This document shows, piece after piece, positions 1-14,797 of a DNA stretch of 64,000 bases. Every line of letters begins with the position of its first letter. The first letter of the stretch is position 1. The notes under the pieces are model-generated. The model was given only the letters and a program-made list of their open reading frames with translations, was not told the DNA's origin and ran no database searches. Source of the DNA: Octopus sinensis (lineage: Eukaryota). The stretch covers positions 1-64,000 of the forward strand of contig NW_021833023.1 in assembly GCF_006345805.1 (NCBI RefSeq). Reading direction: 5' to 3'. The position numbers and the translations under genes are program-made.

Positions 1-49
1 TATATATATATAAAGATTAATAATATATTTTATTTTCTACTTTAGATAC

Positions 50-865
50 GGGTGTTCACTGTATATAGAAACCTTTGAAGTGCTGGAAGAGATTAGAACT
101 TGAGACGTTAGATATGTAAAGCAACGACAACCAAGCTAGATATTTATTTACATTTACATATGAAGATACATTGAATCGAAAAAGAAAGGAAAATGTGTGT
201 GGATATTAAGAGACATTGTCCAATTTTCAGAAAAAACAGTATCACAAATAGAATAGGTAGAGCTTTAAATGTTCTACTACGGCCATTTCAGGGATCTTTG
301 TGGTCCTGATATATGACAGATATCAGGGTCCATTGTTGGATAACATCACCTCTACCGGGGGAGGAATTTTATATTAAGATTTGCATTTAAAATGTTGACA
401 TGATAGAGGTTAAAGACTGATTGATTTATAGAGGGCTACATTATTAGGAAGGGGAGTTAGGAATGTTTAGACAGAGAATAGTTGCAGGATGGAGAAAATA
501 GATTTCAAGATCATAAGCCGACTGATGGTATTAAAGGTGGAGAGTGGTTGAAAGTGGTTTAGTTTATTCCAATTTAAATTAGTGTAAAAAGGATGGACTT
601 AAGCGGTTCGATATCAGATAAGGGTATGAGAGGGAGGTTATAACTTCTATTCTAGGCTTTCCATCCGACTCATTTGCCCCAGAAAATCCGACTTTGGTCG
701 AATTAGTTAATGCATTATTGACCGTATTATACACCGTGTCAGGAATAACGTTGAGCTCCCACAATGGAATTGCACATGAGACGTTATTTTGGTTTCCCTC
801 TCTCCACCATAAACGCACTAATTTCCTTCAGTTTGACTGTCAAATTATTGCAATATTTACAATGG
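50..865 (-). mobile_element. Decayed N-terminal RT portion of a Penelope-like element (Naiad-type), inverted relative to 945-2652
   Basis: Broken minus-strand translation shows, in order, DHK, KIG and FKGFY, resembling Naiad RT motifs; many stops and frameshifts. Confidence 0.45.
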
Positions 866-869
866 ACAA

Positions 870-941
870 GGCGCCGAGTTGGCAGAAACGTTAGCATGCA
901 GGGCAAAATGCTTAGGTTCTGTTCTTACGTTCTGAGTTCAA
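870..941 (+). mobile_element. SINE head fragment (abundant tRNA-derived family)
   Basis: ggcgccgagttggcagaaacgttagca...acgttctgagttcaa matches the 5' part of the full copies at 7581 and 31751. Confidence 0.75.
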
Positions 942-944
942 TGA

Positions 945-2652
945 TAACCCGTCAATATCACAAATACTTTTGGATAAAACCTTAATATTTGCCCGAAATT
1001 ATGCTACCATCCGCAGATCGGATATGAATATCACTCTGGCAATGAAGAAAACTTTAATTCAATTTAAGTGTAATTATTTAACGCCCAACGAATCTATAGA
1101 TTACTTCGATATAACACTGGACTCATCGGACTCCGCCCACGCACAGACCTTGTGGGCTTGTTCCTCATTCCCCAGATTAAACAATTCTTCCCTAACATAA
1201 CCGGCGGACAATAGAGGGATGATGCAAATTCTTGCAGTAACTGGATTAACTGACCTTCAGTAGAGCACACAAGGACAGCCCTACGCAAACTCTTCAAAAT
1301 CTTCATCCTAAGTATTTCATTCGAAATTGATACCAATTTTTTGGACGTTACTCTTTACTTAAACACTAACTTATACCGTTCTTTCTATAAACCCAACCAA
1401 TCTTTACAATACTTAAATTCCACTCTAATCATCCAAAACTTATCCCCTTATAGCCTAGTTATATGTCTATCATTATAATCAGGCCCCAAATGATAGAATT
1501 TATCGAAATACCTATATATCAATAACACGAAGCTTAAAACTGAAATAGCAAATCTCTTCCACTGATTCAAAGGCCATTACTTCAACTCGACACCAATCAG
1601 CAACTCCACAAAATCTCCCCTTAATTCCTTCACATTACTGGACACCGCGAGCCTATAACAACTACAAACCAAACCTCCATTTTCGAATCAGCGAACTTCA
1701 TCCACTCTTTGTAAACAATCAAAGGCTAGGAAACGCGAACTCCTATGGTTTTTATCACCGGTTCTCGCTCCAAGTTAAATCTCTTGCAAAATTATGTTTC
1801 AAAATTATAATAATCTAATTTTGTCCACAACATAAAAAAATCTATCCTATATTTAAAACATCATCAGTGAAGTCTCCTACTCTGCTGCACCTAACTATAG
1901 TTATATATATATATAACTATATATAACTATATAATAGCCTCCTCGAAAAACATAAAACTCCAACACTAGTCCTCTACGTATCTAAACTCTTGCACGCATC
2001 CCAAGCTAGCTTTGACAATACAATAATACAAAGCATAATAAGCCACCTCAATTGTATAATCTAAACTTAAGCCAACATTCTACAACCCTATCTACGAGAC
2101 GAAAAATATTGTTCCATTACAACCTCCCAATCCGATACTAATATAAATCCTAATTGAGATTCTCACCACTAACAACAAACCAACCAACATCAACATAACT
2201 AATAGTAAACCCCAACCACTTGCAACTGTCGCGCTTCTGAAATATACGGTATGCAGGCTCCTGTCTCCTCAAAAGCGTATCTATAGTGCCACGTGATGAC
2301 CCCATGCACCCACCAGGCAAGGATGTATATTTGTGGCACTGAGGATTTTGAATGCTCTTGTCGTGCTCATATGTATTCTTTCACTAATCCCAAATCTAAA
2401 CTAGTTCAATCTTTAGCAACACACATATACACCTCAATTCAAAACAATGTCCAATACGGTCTATCGTGAACCCATAGTATGTGAAGCTCCTCCCTCTACA
2501 ACACAAATATAGGTAAATGTATATTATGTATAGAAAGGTCATTAACTATTCTTCGCCCCCACAACTCCTCGCTGTTAAATTCTCTGACGTTATGTTATTC
2601 ATGTAAGCATAAATACTGCCCGACATTCATGCACTTCACTAATTCTAAATAA
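945..2652 (+). mobile_element. Decayed Penelope-like element, Naiad-type: RT C-half plus GIY-YIG endonuclease
   Basis: PSISQILLDKTLIFA...FDIT, DLVGLFL, RDD, FLDVTL..YKPN, CNCR (2221) and GKCILCIE (about 2512-2535) occur in order with frameshifts. Confidence 0.8.
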
Positions 2653-3921
2653 TCATATAGCAAGCCCCGAGACCCATGAAAGCTGTAATGTAAAACAAGA
2701 GTCAACATGTCAATCGACAAGTGAACACATTCCAAATACCTTATATGTGTGTGTGTTTGTGTGTATGCTATCTATGCATATATGTAATATATATATGAAG
2801 CATATGCAATAAATCTGAAATATCCAACTGCATTTACAAATACATAATATATGCATTTAACAAATACATAACATTACAACAAAGCTCTTACATACATACA
2901 TGCAACACACACACCATATACGCACATATATAAACATATAAACTCCTCCTTAATACACATATTAAAAACATAAGTAGTCAGCATATATTAGATACCTACA
3001 GAAATATAAATATATATAACGCGCATCCCTAATTTATCCAAGTATTATGATCAATCGCTTTTTCATCCTCCTCTCAGCCTCCTAAATCTCACCAACAACA
3101 CATCACAACTTTCTTCAAATTTCTGCAATTCATCCGCCTCTACTGTCATTTGACCCTTTCTCGGCCTAACTAAACTCAACTACTAAGAAAATACCGACCC
3201 GAATTTTTGTACTACTAACACTTAACCACTCCCTCGTAACTGAAATGTTTCCTTAAAAAAAGACCCCACTGGTAATTTGAGATGGAATTGCTGTTTCATT
3301 AGAGTAGCAGATAGAAGGGGATACTTCTTCAACATTCACATGATTACTTATTTATTCACATCGTTTACAATTAATCATACGATGTCTTCTAGCTTTGAGA
3401 TTTTGATTATGTGATTGCTTACTTTTAATAACTTTGCATGGTGGTTGTGAAGGGCTGATCTGTTCAGTTTTAACAGAAAAACAGGAAGAATATTTGGGCC
3501 CGACGTGGCCAGTGCCATTCTATTGGGTTTAACTGAAAATTACTGAAGTAAAAATAAAGCATAAAAATCATTTTAGGTAATTTGGGGAAAAAAACTTATG
3601 AGGCGTTAACCCTTTTTATCCCCTCCTAAATGCCGTTGAGGAGGCGGACGATGGCCTATAGATGGCCGATATAATATAATGACAATCCTATCTTACCAAA
3701 GAAGTGATTTCGCCTCTGTTCGTAAGAGTTAGTGAATGTTTATATAATATATATCTATATATATATATATATCTGCGCATATATATATATATATATGTTG
3801 CGTCATTTGTTTATTTACCATATTTCCATACAATTTTTCATTGAAGTAGCGGAACACAACGCACACAATTATGCATTTATATATATATTATAGATATATA
3901 TATATATATATATATAATATA

Positions 3922-3973
<52 letters not shown>

Positions 3974-4544
3974 ATACAAATCATATATATATGTGTGTTG
4001 TGTGTGTGTGTGTAGATATAGATTGGCGTCTGTATTTCTCATTATATCAATGCGATATGAAAAGTTTGCGTCAGCAGTCAAAGATTGTGGTGATAGTGGA
4101 TGAGTGTAAATGAGAGAGAGGAAAAAAAGTGATAGAAAGAAAGAGAAATAAGAGGAGAGGGGTGTTGTGTTGTGGTGTGTGTGTGATTTTGTGATGCTAT
4201 TAGCTACGTAACCATGTTCTAAGCATTTGGTGTGATTGATACATTTTATTTCCCTTCACTTACTTGGTATACTCTCCTCTCCCCCGGCATTAGCATTCCA
4301 GCAGAAATGGAGAAGTGAAATTATGTCAATGTCCGCTGGTGCGTGTGTGTATGTATGTATGTGTGTATATGCGTAGATGTATGAGACTATTTGCATCCAC
4401 GTAACTGAAATTAACTGGAAATAATCTAAGTACTATTTTACAAATTGTGATATGTTTGTGCGTGAGTGTATATATGTATATGATATATATATATAAACAT
4501 GCACACACAGTTATCAGAATTATATATACGTATAATATTCAACC

Positions 4545-4810
4545 ACACGAAACGTACTAAAAGAATTGAATGAACTCAGCTTGGAAAAGGAGACATACAA
4601 AAGAGAAATCAAATGAAAAACGTCCGGGGTTAAGATATTAAATAAAAGAAAACAGGCATATTGCAGAGCTGTAACACATGAAAACCTAGCCAACAATTAT
4701 GAACAGTGGAGGGGCAGAGAAGAAGTAATACTCTCAAGAAACGTTCGTATCAAAGAAATAAAGTCAGAAACAAAGGAAGCAACAAAAATATTTGAGAGAA
4801 AAATCTTTTA
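4545..4810 (+). mobile_element. Coding-like retroelement remnant (longer copy at about 11090-11480)
   Basis: Translates LNKRKQAYCRAVTHENLANNYEQWRGREEVILSRNVRIKEIK with stops nearby; family assignment (PLE N-terminus?) is recall only. Confidence 0.3.
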
Positions 4811-5407
4811 AAAGCGACATTAACCGGAAATGATCAAATATATTGTTATACGATCAGACGACAGATTTTTCATGTTTTAGAATCATCTCACTTTTGCTCG
4901 ATAACTATGATCATCGATCTCTTCCAAATACAAACGTCTAAAGTCAACATTAAAATGAAGTACATTTCTAAATTCTTTGTTAGACCCTCCAGTGTTCACA
5001 TTGTCATCCACCATTCTCTTCGTGAAGATTCTCTGAAGTTTAAGCTCGATGTGCTAGAAATAGCAGCCAAATATTTCCTGTGAGCAGACGATAGATTTAT
5101 TTAACGATAGTGTCACTTCAGAAAATCACGTTATCAATAACGATGATAATTAAATGGTATATATAATGATGACATGGAAGCAAACGATACAAATTCATTT
5201 AACCATAGTTCGTTTCAGAAAATTACGTTTGTAAAATAAAGTATATGATAGAGAAATTATAACAATTCTGAAGAGGAATTAAATGTTTTAGCAGCTTTAA
5301 AGTTATGGGAAAAGAATTTTCGTTATCAAAGTAGCAATATTTTATACGAATGAAGGATGACAGGCGAGGATTTTGTGTTGTGAAGGGACTTCAAGTGTAT
5401 ATGTTCT

Positions 5408-5464
<57 letters not shown>

Positions 5465-5808
5465 TGCACTGAGATATATAACTCTGCCTAAGCATTGCTT
5501 TTGATATAAAACGGAAGGGAACACCACATTAACGATTATAATAATTGACACATAATTATATTCAAAACTTCAACAGCTCATCTGTACCAAAAACATCAAT
5601 AGCTTAATGTCCTATTTTCATAGGATTGAGGGGAAGAGGGAGAGGAAGACACGCAGGGGCCTCTAAACTGTTTAATGTATTTGTATCTCAGATAGACCCC
5701 AGTATTCTGGATGCCTTCTGCAAAAAGTGGAAGATAAAAATAAATTCAAAAAATAAAGTTAATTGTCTACCGGTATCTGTGTGTGTGTATGTATGTGTGT
5801 GTGTGTAT

Positions 5809-5856
<48 letters not shown>

Positions 5857-5959
5857 TGCAATGAAATACATAACCATGCCTAAGTGTTTCTTTAATATAA
5901 AACTGAAGTGAATATTAATGATAATATTAAATGACATAATTTTACTGTGAAGGAGGTTT

Positions 5960-6950
5960 AGTCTTCAATGTTTTCAGTCTCGTCCACCACACTACTTCTT
6001 TAGCCACCGGGCAGAAGAAACTGCTTTTCCTTCCCGGCCTAAAGGAGGTGGCGGGGCGATCTTTACAATGAACTCGGCTCGTAAACTGGACGAACGAGTG
6101 CATGCAGGACTATTTCATCTCCCTGCGCACACCCCCGACATATCCGTCCGACAACACTTTCGTATCTGTAGAACTTGTCTTCAATCGGCAGAGCTCCCCC
6201 GTAGCACTGATAGGATTTCTGGAAGTTAAAGACCAGTTAGTTGATTCCCCTCCACCTACACCCAGAATTTACCCGACCCTTCCCCCGATTTCGTCGTTGT
6301 GCCTTCCTTTCTACAAATCCCCTCTATAAATCCATAGTGGAACTTTCAACGACCGCGTTACCCGACTGGCAGAAAGCTGTGAGAGCTTGCCGACACTCCA
6401 GGTGCCAAGCGCCCTTTCTTGGCCAACACTTGACTCAGTACTGTAGCTTCATCATGAGACGAGCTGCGGAAAGTCCCGTTTGACAAACAGTCATCTCCCA
6501 TGCTCACCGTTAAGATACGAAGGAGATGTCGCAGTCTCAGCGCATGTCTGCGAATCATTAGCAACGGCATGTCCAGTCCTCCACTGAGAGGTTTTGACAG
6601 CAGATGGACCGTCTGATGAGCGGAACATGTCCCTTTTTTAGAAAGCGGAATAACAAACGCTCTAAATTTATCGGGCATGGGACTACATTAAGGCAGTCAT
6701 AGATGACGGAAGCGATGTACGCATTCGCCACCTCGACTCGACCCTTCACGAACAGCTTCTTCTCTGCCAATTTCTGGGTGAGATCGACTATCCTGTTCGT
6801 CACCTCCCACACGTTGCTGTCCACCTCGAGGTCTAGAGCAAACCAGACCCCAAGCAGTTTAACCTGTCTTTCCGTTTAGCGCCCTACAAACTGTCGGTTG
6901 GTATGGGTCTGCCTCGCCATCTACCAATTTGTAGGACCACCGACTTCTCT
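5960..6950 (-). mobile_element. Tx1/L1-like LINE ORF2 fragment (post-RT region)
   Basis: W.EVTNR...KGRVEVANAYIASVIY...LERLLFRFL...GGLDMP and downstream zinc-binding-like region; frameshifted. Confidence 0.8.
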
Positions 6951-7396
6951 TGGATAAGCTTTGCTCCTATCACCGCTTCGTGGACAGTATTATGATGACG
7001 TAGTCCGTGTCAGCTGATATGAACATTCAACATCCTAAGACATATATATATATATGGCATCTGTATTTCTAATTATATAATTTCGATTTGAAAAGTTTCT
7101 ATCAGCAGTTTATGATGATTGGCGGTGGAAGTGGAAGAGTTAAAATGAGAGAGGGGGAGATGGAGTGATAGAAGAGAGAGAGAGGGGAAAGAAGAGGAGA
7201 AGTGTTGATGTGTACGATTGTGAGTGTGTGTGTGTGTGTCTGTGTGTGTGATGCAATTAGATACATAACCCTGCCAAAGCGTTTCTTTAATATCACATTA
7301 ATATCACAGGGAATATCACATTAACGATTGCATTAAATGACATAATTTTACTGTGAAAAAGTGAGTGAAAAGTTTAGCCGGAAAAAATTTCCAATA

Positions 7397-7398
7397 AC

Positions 7399-7438
<40 letters not shown>

Positions 7439-7457
7439 TAATAATAATAATAATGAC

Positions 7458-7496
<39 letters not shown>

Positions 7497-7545
7497 TATA
7501 ATAATAATAATAATAATAATAAGTATTATTATTATTATTTGCTAA
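7397..7545 (+). repeat. (AAT)n microsatellite followed by short (ATT)n; empty site for the Dong insertion
   Basis: Directly visible. Confidence 0.95.
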
Positions 7546-7580
7546 TAGGGCCGGCATATAGGAGAAGATACAGTAGAAAA

Positions 7581-7812
7581 GGCGGTGAGAGCTGGCAGGA
7601 TCGTTAGCACGTCAGGTGAAATGCTTAGCAGTATTTCGTCTGCCGCTACGTTCTGAGTTCACATTCCCCCGAGGTCGACTTTGCCTTTCATCCTTTCGGG
7701 GTCGATTAAAGAAGTACCAGTTACGCACTGTGGTCGATATAATCGACTTAATCCGTTTGTCTGTCCTTGTTTGTCTTCTCTGTGTTTAGCCCCTTGTGGG
7801 TAGTAAAGAAAC
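7581..7812 (+). mobile_element. tRNA-derived SINE with Deu/Nin-like core and ccccttgtgggtagtaaagaaa tail
   Basis: Core gaggtcgactttgcctttcatcctttcggggtcgat...aagtaccag recurs many times in the window; Deu/Nin label from recalled consensus. Confidence 0.85.
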
Positions 7813-7815
7813 AGG

Positions 7816-8915
7816 ATACAGTAGACATGGACAGTGGGGATTTAACGCAGAGACAAAGAGTAAACAGTTAAAAGAATAACAATGATATCCGACAAAAGAA
7901 TATAACAATGAAAGTTCGTAATAGGTGCAGGTAATCCCCTGGAGATGGCTCAGGTACCCCCACTCCAATCCTGAACCACTCGACGCTTCGAGGGCATCTG
8001 GGAAAAGCACTCTCCTCCCTCTAAAATTCACTAGCCCACAGGCGCGTTATTAGTGTAGGTCCACTCACACGTACCATTTTCGCTATTCATCCACCTTTTG
8101 GCAAATGTCCTGGGAGGCAGCACTTCACTCTGCACCCTCATCTTCCCTTCCAAAGATAATTTGAAAAAGTTGACGAGTGATTGGCCGTAGAGAAAAGTCT
8201 CTGCCTTTAGTCCTTTTAACCTAGTCCACAATACAGCCTCTTTCGCTACTGCTATTAGACAGAAGTAAATTGCCTGACCTTCCGGACTGATGGAAAGCGG
8301 CTGATAGATCTTCATTGCGGACTCGGCCGATAGATAGAACCACCCAACGCGTGATAACAGCTGTTCATCATAACTCCACAAGTCAGTAATGCAAGGACAC
8401 TGGACGAGTGCGTGCAGAACGCTTTCATCGCTCTACGCACATCTCGGGTAGGTCGGTCAGACAGCACTTCCGTGGTTGTAGAGTTTATCTCGACCTGGCA
8501 GTGCCCCCCGATAGCACTGCCAAGCAAGGGATTTCTAGAAGCTATCCATCGTCTCCGTCTTGAAAGTCCTCCTCAACAGACTGGTTAGTTCAATTTTGTC
8601 AAAGTCTAGAGTCTCTCCAAGTGTTTCATCGCACTTTATCTTCACTAACCCTCCATAGAACTCAAGAGTGGATTTTCCACTGAACGCATTGCCCACCTCG
8701 TAGAGGACAGTGAGTGCCTAGCAACATTCCAGATGCCAGTCACCCTTCCTCGGTCACTTCTTGACCCAGGACTGAAGCTTACACAAGGAGATGAGCCGTG
8801 GAAAAGCCTGTTTGACAAACGATGACCACACCTGTTCACCGTGTAGGCAGAATATTTGGAGATGCCGCAGCCCCAGTGCATATCTGCCACAGCATGCCCA
8901 GTGTTCCGGAAATCG
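7816..8915 (-). mobile_element. Tx1/L1-like LINE 3' fragment (ORF2 C-terminus plus 3' UTR)
   Basis: W.Y.EQLLSRVG...AKEAVLWTRLKGLK...NFFK..RVQSEVL...F.KRW; same family as 5960-6950 and 23530-23700. Confidence 0.8.
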
Positions 8916-10210
8916 GAAAACGAAAGCACAAAATCGAAAATGGGAAAAGCGAAAAGTTAAACAGCATTTAAAAGTTCTCCTCGTTAGACCTTGAATTATA
9001 AGGCTAAAAAGATATCAAAAATTTAATCAAGAATAGACGGGATTCTCCAGTTCTTCAAAATATATTTATACTTGACAACGACTGAAAATTCCTGACCTGG
9101 AGTCCTATAGAGAATTAAGCATCTTAGATCTGAACAGGATATGCACTATTTCAGCTAAACAAAGCTTATATTTATTCGATCCATTAACATAAGTTATGGA
9201 TTCTCATTACTTCCCATCCAGTCAGATGTGGTGTTTTCGTTTTCTCCAAACTTAGCCAGTTTCGGTAGCTTTACTTTTTGTCCTATGTCGGAAGGGGATT
9301 ATCTGATTGGCATAACGACTTTTAATTCACCTTTAAATAAGCAAAAGAATAAAAGAATAAAAGATTATGTGCTGTGTGGTACATGCATACAAAATACCAC
9401 ACATACACACCTCTCAGCCTTCTAAATCTCACCAACACTCATCACAAATTTTTTCAAATTTTTGCAATTCATCCGCCTCTACTGTCATTTGACCCTTCTC
9501 GGCCTCAAACAATACTTAACTAAACTCAACTACTAAGAAAAATACCGACCCGATTTTTTGTACTACTAACATTCTTAACCACTCCGTCGTACCTGAAATG
9601 TGTCCTTAAAAAAGACCCCACTTGTTGTAATTTGAGATGGAATTGCTGTTTCATTAGTGTACCAGCTAGAAGGGGATACTCCTTCAACATTCACATGAAT
9701 TACTTATTTATTCACATCGTTTACAATTAATCATACGTTATCTTCTAGCTTTGAGATTTTGATTATGTGATTGCTTACTTATAGAATAACTTTGCATGGT
9801 GGTTGTGAAAGGGCTGATCTGTTCAGTTTCAACAGAAAACAGGAAGAATGTTTGGGCCCGACGTGGCCTGTACCAATGCTATTGGGTTAACTGAAAATTA
9901 CTGAAGTAAAAATAAAGCATAAAAATCAATTTAGGTAATTTAGGGAAACAATCTTATGAGGTATTAACGGTGGAGACCCTTTTTATCCCATCCTAAATGC
10001 CGTTGAGGAGGCTGGACGATGGCCAATAGATGGCCGATATAATATAATGAAACTCCTAACTTACCAAAGAAGTGGTTTCGCCTCTGTTCGTAAGAGTTAG
10101 TGAATGTTTATATATATATATCTGCGCATATATATATGTTGCGTCATTTGTTTGTTTATCATACATTTTTTCATTGAAGTAGCGGAACACAACGCACACA
10201 ATTATGCATT

Positions 10211-10259
<49 letters not shown>

Positions 10260-10399
10260 GTATGTGTGTGTGTGTGTGTAGATATAGATTGGCGACTTTA
10301 TTTCTCATTATATGAATGCAAAATGAAAAGTTTGCGCCAGCAGTCAAAGATGGGCGGTGATAGTGGAAGAGTGTAAATGAGAGAGGGGAAAAAAGTGAT

Positions 10400-10434
<35 letters not shown>

Positions 10435-10819
10435 AATAAGAGGAAGAGGGTTTGTGTGTGTGTGTATGTGTTTGTGTGATGCTATTAGCTACGTAACCAT
10501 GTTCTAAGCATTTGGTGGGATTGATACATTTTAATTCCCTTCACTTACTCGGTATACCCTTCTTCTTCCCCGGCATTGGCATTCCAGCAGAAATGGAGAA
10601 GTGAAAATTATGTCAATGTCCGCTGGTGCGTGTGTGTATGTATGCATGTATGTATATGCGTAACTGTATGAGACTGTTTGCATCCACGTAACTAAAATTA
10701 ACTGGAAATAATCTAAGTACTATTTTACAAATTGTGATATGTCTGTGCGTGTGTGTATATATGTATACGTATATATATAAACACGCACACACAGTTATCA
10801 GAATTATATATACGTATGT

Positions 10820-10985
<166 letters not shown>

Positions 10986-12084
10986 TATACATTCATGCAC
11001 ATTTGTGTGTTTTTGTGTGCCGAATCACTGAAATCTGAAATGTTTTAGAAAAAATTTACCAAAAACTTTCAACCATGAAAAAAATGAATGCCTTCCATTA
11101 AATGGCACAAAAGACGAAAATCTACATAGAAATACTTTATTCCCTTCTTACATACCAACAACAAAATAAGAGCCAAAGCAGAACTCCAGAAACGGATATC
11201 CACAACCTAAATTCAACCACACAAAACGTACTAAAATAATTTAATGAACTCAGCTTGGAAAAAGGAGACATACAAAAAGAGAAATCAAATGAAAAACGTC
11301 CGGGTTAAGATATTAACTAAAAAAAAAATAATCATATTGCAGAGCTGTAAACAATGAAAACCTAGCCAACAATTATGAACAGTGGAGAGGCAGAGAAGAA
11401 GTAATACTCTCAAGAAACTTTCGTATCAAAGAAATAAAGTCAGATGCAAAGGAAGAAACAAAAAATATTTGACAAGAATCGTTTAAAAGCAACATTAACC
11501 GGAAATGATCAAAATATTGTTATACGATCAGACGACAGATTTTTCATGTTTTAGAATCATCTCACTTTTGCTCGATAACTATTGATCATCGATCTCTTCC
11601 CAAATACAACGTCTAAAGTCAACATTAAAATGAAGTACATTTCTAAATTCTTTGTTAGACCCTCCAGTGTTCACATTGTCATCCACCATTCTCTTCGTGA
11701 AGAATCTCTGAAGTTTAAGCTCGATGTGCTAGAAATAGCAGCCAAATATTTCCTGTGAGCAGACGATAGATTTATTTAACGATAGTGTCACTTCAGAAAA
11801 TCACGTTATCAATAACGATGATAATTTAAATGGTATATATAATGATTGACATGGAAGCAAACGATACAAATTCATTTAACCATAGTTCGTTTCAGAAAAT
11901 TACGTTTGTAAAATAAAGTATATGATAGAGAAATTATAACAATTCTGAAGAGGAATTAAATGTTTTAGCAGCTTTAAAGTTATGGGAAAAGAATTTTCGT
12001 TATCAAAGTAGCAATATTTTATACGAATGAAGGATGACAGGCGAGGATTTTGTGTTGTGAAGGGACTTCAAGTGTATATGTTCT

Positions 12085-12135
<51 letters not shown>

Positions 12136-12624
12136 TGCACTGAGATATATAACTCTGCCTAAGCATTGCTTTTGATATAAAACGGAAGGGAACACCACAT
12201 TAACGATTATAATAATTGACACATAATTATATTCAAAACTTCAACAGCTCATCTGTACCAAAAACATCAATAGCTTAATGTCCTATTTTCATAGGATTGA
12301 GGGGAAGAGGGAGAGGAAGACACGCAGGGGCCTCTAAACTGTTTAATGTATTTGTATCTCAGATAGTCCCCAGTATTCTGGATGCATTCTGCAAAAAGTG
12401 AAAGATAAAAATAAATTCAAAAAATAAAGTTAATTGTCTGCCGGTATCTGTGTGTGTGTGTGTGTGTATGTGTTTGTGTATGTGTGTGTTTCTGTGAGTG
12501 TGTTTCTGTGTGTGTGTGATACGATGAGATACATAACAATGCCTAAGTGTTTCTTTAATATAAAACTGAAGTGAATATTAATGATAATATTAAATGACAT
12601 AATTTTACTGTGAAGGAGGTTTAG

Positions 12625-13615
12625 TCTTCAATGTTTTCAGTCTCGTCCACCACACTACTTCTTTAGCCACCGGGCAGAAGAAACTGCTTTTCCTTCCCGG
12701 CCTAAAGAAGGTGGCGGGGCGATCTTTACAATGAACTCGGCTTGTAAACTGGACGAACGAGTGCAAGCAGGACTATTTCATCGCCCTGCGCAACCCCACC
12801 CCCCGACATATCCGTCCGACAACACTTTCGTATCTGTAGAACTTGTCTTCAATCGACAGAGCTCCCCCGTAGCACTGCCAGGGATTTCTGGAAGTTAAAG
12901 ACCAGTTAGTTGATTCCCTCCACCTACACCCAGAATTTACCCCGATTTCGTCGTTGTGCCTTCCCTTCTACAAATCCCCTCTATAAATCCATAGTGGAAC
13001 TTTCAACGACCGCGTTACCCGACTGGCAGAAAGCTGTGAGAGCTTGCCGACACTCCAGGTGCCAAGCGCCCTTTCTTGGCCAACACTTGACTCAGTACTG
13101 TAGCTTCATCAATGAGACGAGCTGCGGAAAGTCCCGTTTGACAAACAGTCAATCTCCCATGCTCACCGTTAAAGATACGAAGGAGATGTCGCAGTCTCAG
13201 CGCATGTCTGCGAATCATTAGCAACGGCAGGTCCAGTACTCCCACTGAGAGGTTGTTGACAGCAGATGGACCGTCTGATGAGCGGAACACGTCCCTTCTT
13301 TTGAAAGCGGAATAAAAAAACGCTCTAACTTTATCGGGCATGGGACTACATTCAGGCAGTCATAGATGACGGAAGCGATGTACGCATTCGCCACCCTCGA
13401 CTCGACCCTTCACGAACTGCTTCCTCTCTGCCAATTTCTGGGTGAGATCGACTATCCTGTTCGTCACCTCCACACGTTGTTGTCCACCTCGAGGTCTAGA
13501 GCAAACCAGACCCCAAGCAGTTTAACCTGTCTTTCCGTTTAGCACCCTACAAACAGTCGGTTGGTATGGGTCTGTCTCTCCATCTGCCGATTTGCAGGCC
13601 CACTGACGTCTCTTG
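12625..13615 (-). mobile_element. Tx1/L1-like LINE fragment, duplicate of 5960-6950
   Basis: Colinear duplicate within copy 2. Confidence 0.8.
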
Positions 13616-13701
13616 GATAAGCTTTGCTCCTATCACCGCTTCGTGGACAGTATTATGATGACGTAGTCCGTGTCAGCTGATACGAACATTCCACATCCTA
13701 A

Positions 13702-13753
<52 letters not shown>

Positions 13754-14108
13754 CTGTATTTCTAATTATATAATTTCGATTTGAAAAGTTTCTGTCAGCA
13801 GTTTATGATGATTGGCGGTGGAAGTGGAAGAGTTAAAATGAGAGAGAGGGGGAGATGGAGTGATAGAAGAGAGAGAGAGGGGAAAGAAGAGGAGGAGGGT
13901 TGATGTGTACGATTGTGAGTGTGTGTGTGTCTGTGTGTGTGATGCAATTAGATACATAACCCTGCCAAAGCGTTTCTTTAATATCACATTAATATCACAG
14001 GGAATATCACATTAACGATTGCATTAAATGACATAATTTTACTGTGAAGAAGTGAGTGAAAAGTTTAGCCGGAAATAATTTCCAATAACAACAATAATAA
14101 TAATAATA

Positions 14109-14143
<35 letters not shown>

Positions 14144-14197
14144 TAATAAAAATAATAATAATAATAAAGATAATAATAATAATAATAATAATAATAA

Positions 14198-14269
<72 letters not shown>

Positions 14270-14270
14270 C

Positions 14271-14734
14271 ATTCAGTAGTTTTATTTTTATAGTGTGCTT
14301 TCACTTCACTTCACTACGAGCGCAGCTCTGTGTGCCTTAGGTATGTGCTGTGATTTGTTGTGATGCTCTGATGGTTATTGTATGGAAAGTGTTCTGCGTA
14401 GGACGTGTGCAGTGCCTAATAGTGCAATTTTCTGTATGATATATGAGTTTGTAAGTCCTGGTGTTTTTGTTATGTATTTGTCTGAATATTTTTTTATCAT
14501 GCCTAATGCACCTACTATGATAGGAATTGTTTCTGTTTTTAGATTCCACATTCTGGTTGCCTCTATTTCCAGGTTTTGTATTTTGAAAGTTTCTCCATTT
14601 CTTTTAGAGACACGTTGTCATCTGCCGGTATTGATACATCAATTAGAAAGCATTTTTTTCTTCATGATCTCTGACAACTATATCTGGTCTGTTGGCCTTA
14701 ATTTCTCTATCTGTGTGTATCGGCAAATCCCAGA

Positions 14735-14735
<1 letters not shown>
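14271..14735 (-). mobile_element. 5'-truncated Dong/R4-type retrotransposon inserted in a TAA tract
   Basis: RPDIVVRDH...EKLSKYK..EI.RMWNLKT restriction-like endonuclease region and 3' end aaactactgaat followed by TAA repeats; highly similar to 57915-58385. Confidence 0.9.

Positions 14736-14797
<62 letters not shown>

Larger units (their letters stand above)
3071..9410 (+). repeat. Tandem segmental duplication, copy 1 (6340 bp)
   Basis: Colinear with 9411-16688; starts ctctcagcct, ends catacacac. Confidence 0.95.

Noticed and set aside
2221-2530. Selenocysteine-encoding Naiad element
   Set aside because: The visible cysteine motifs use TGC/TGT codons and the copy is too decayed to interpret any TGA.
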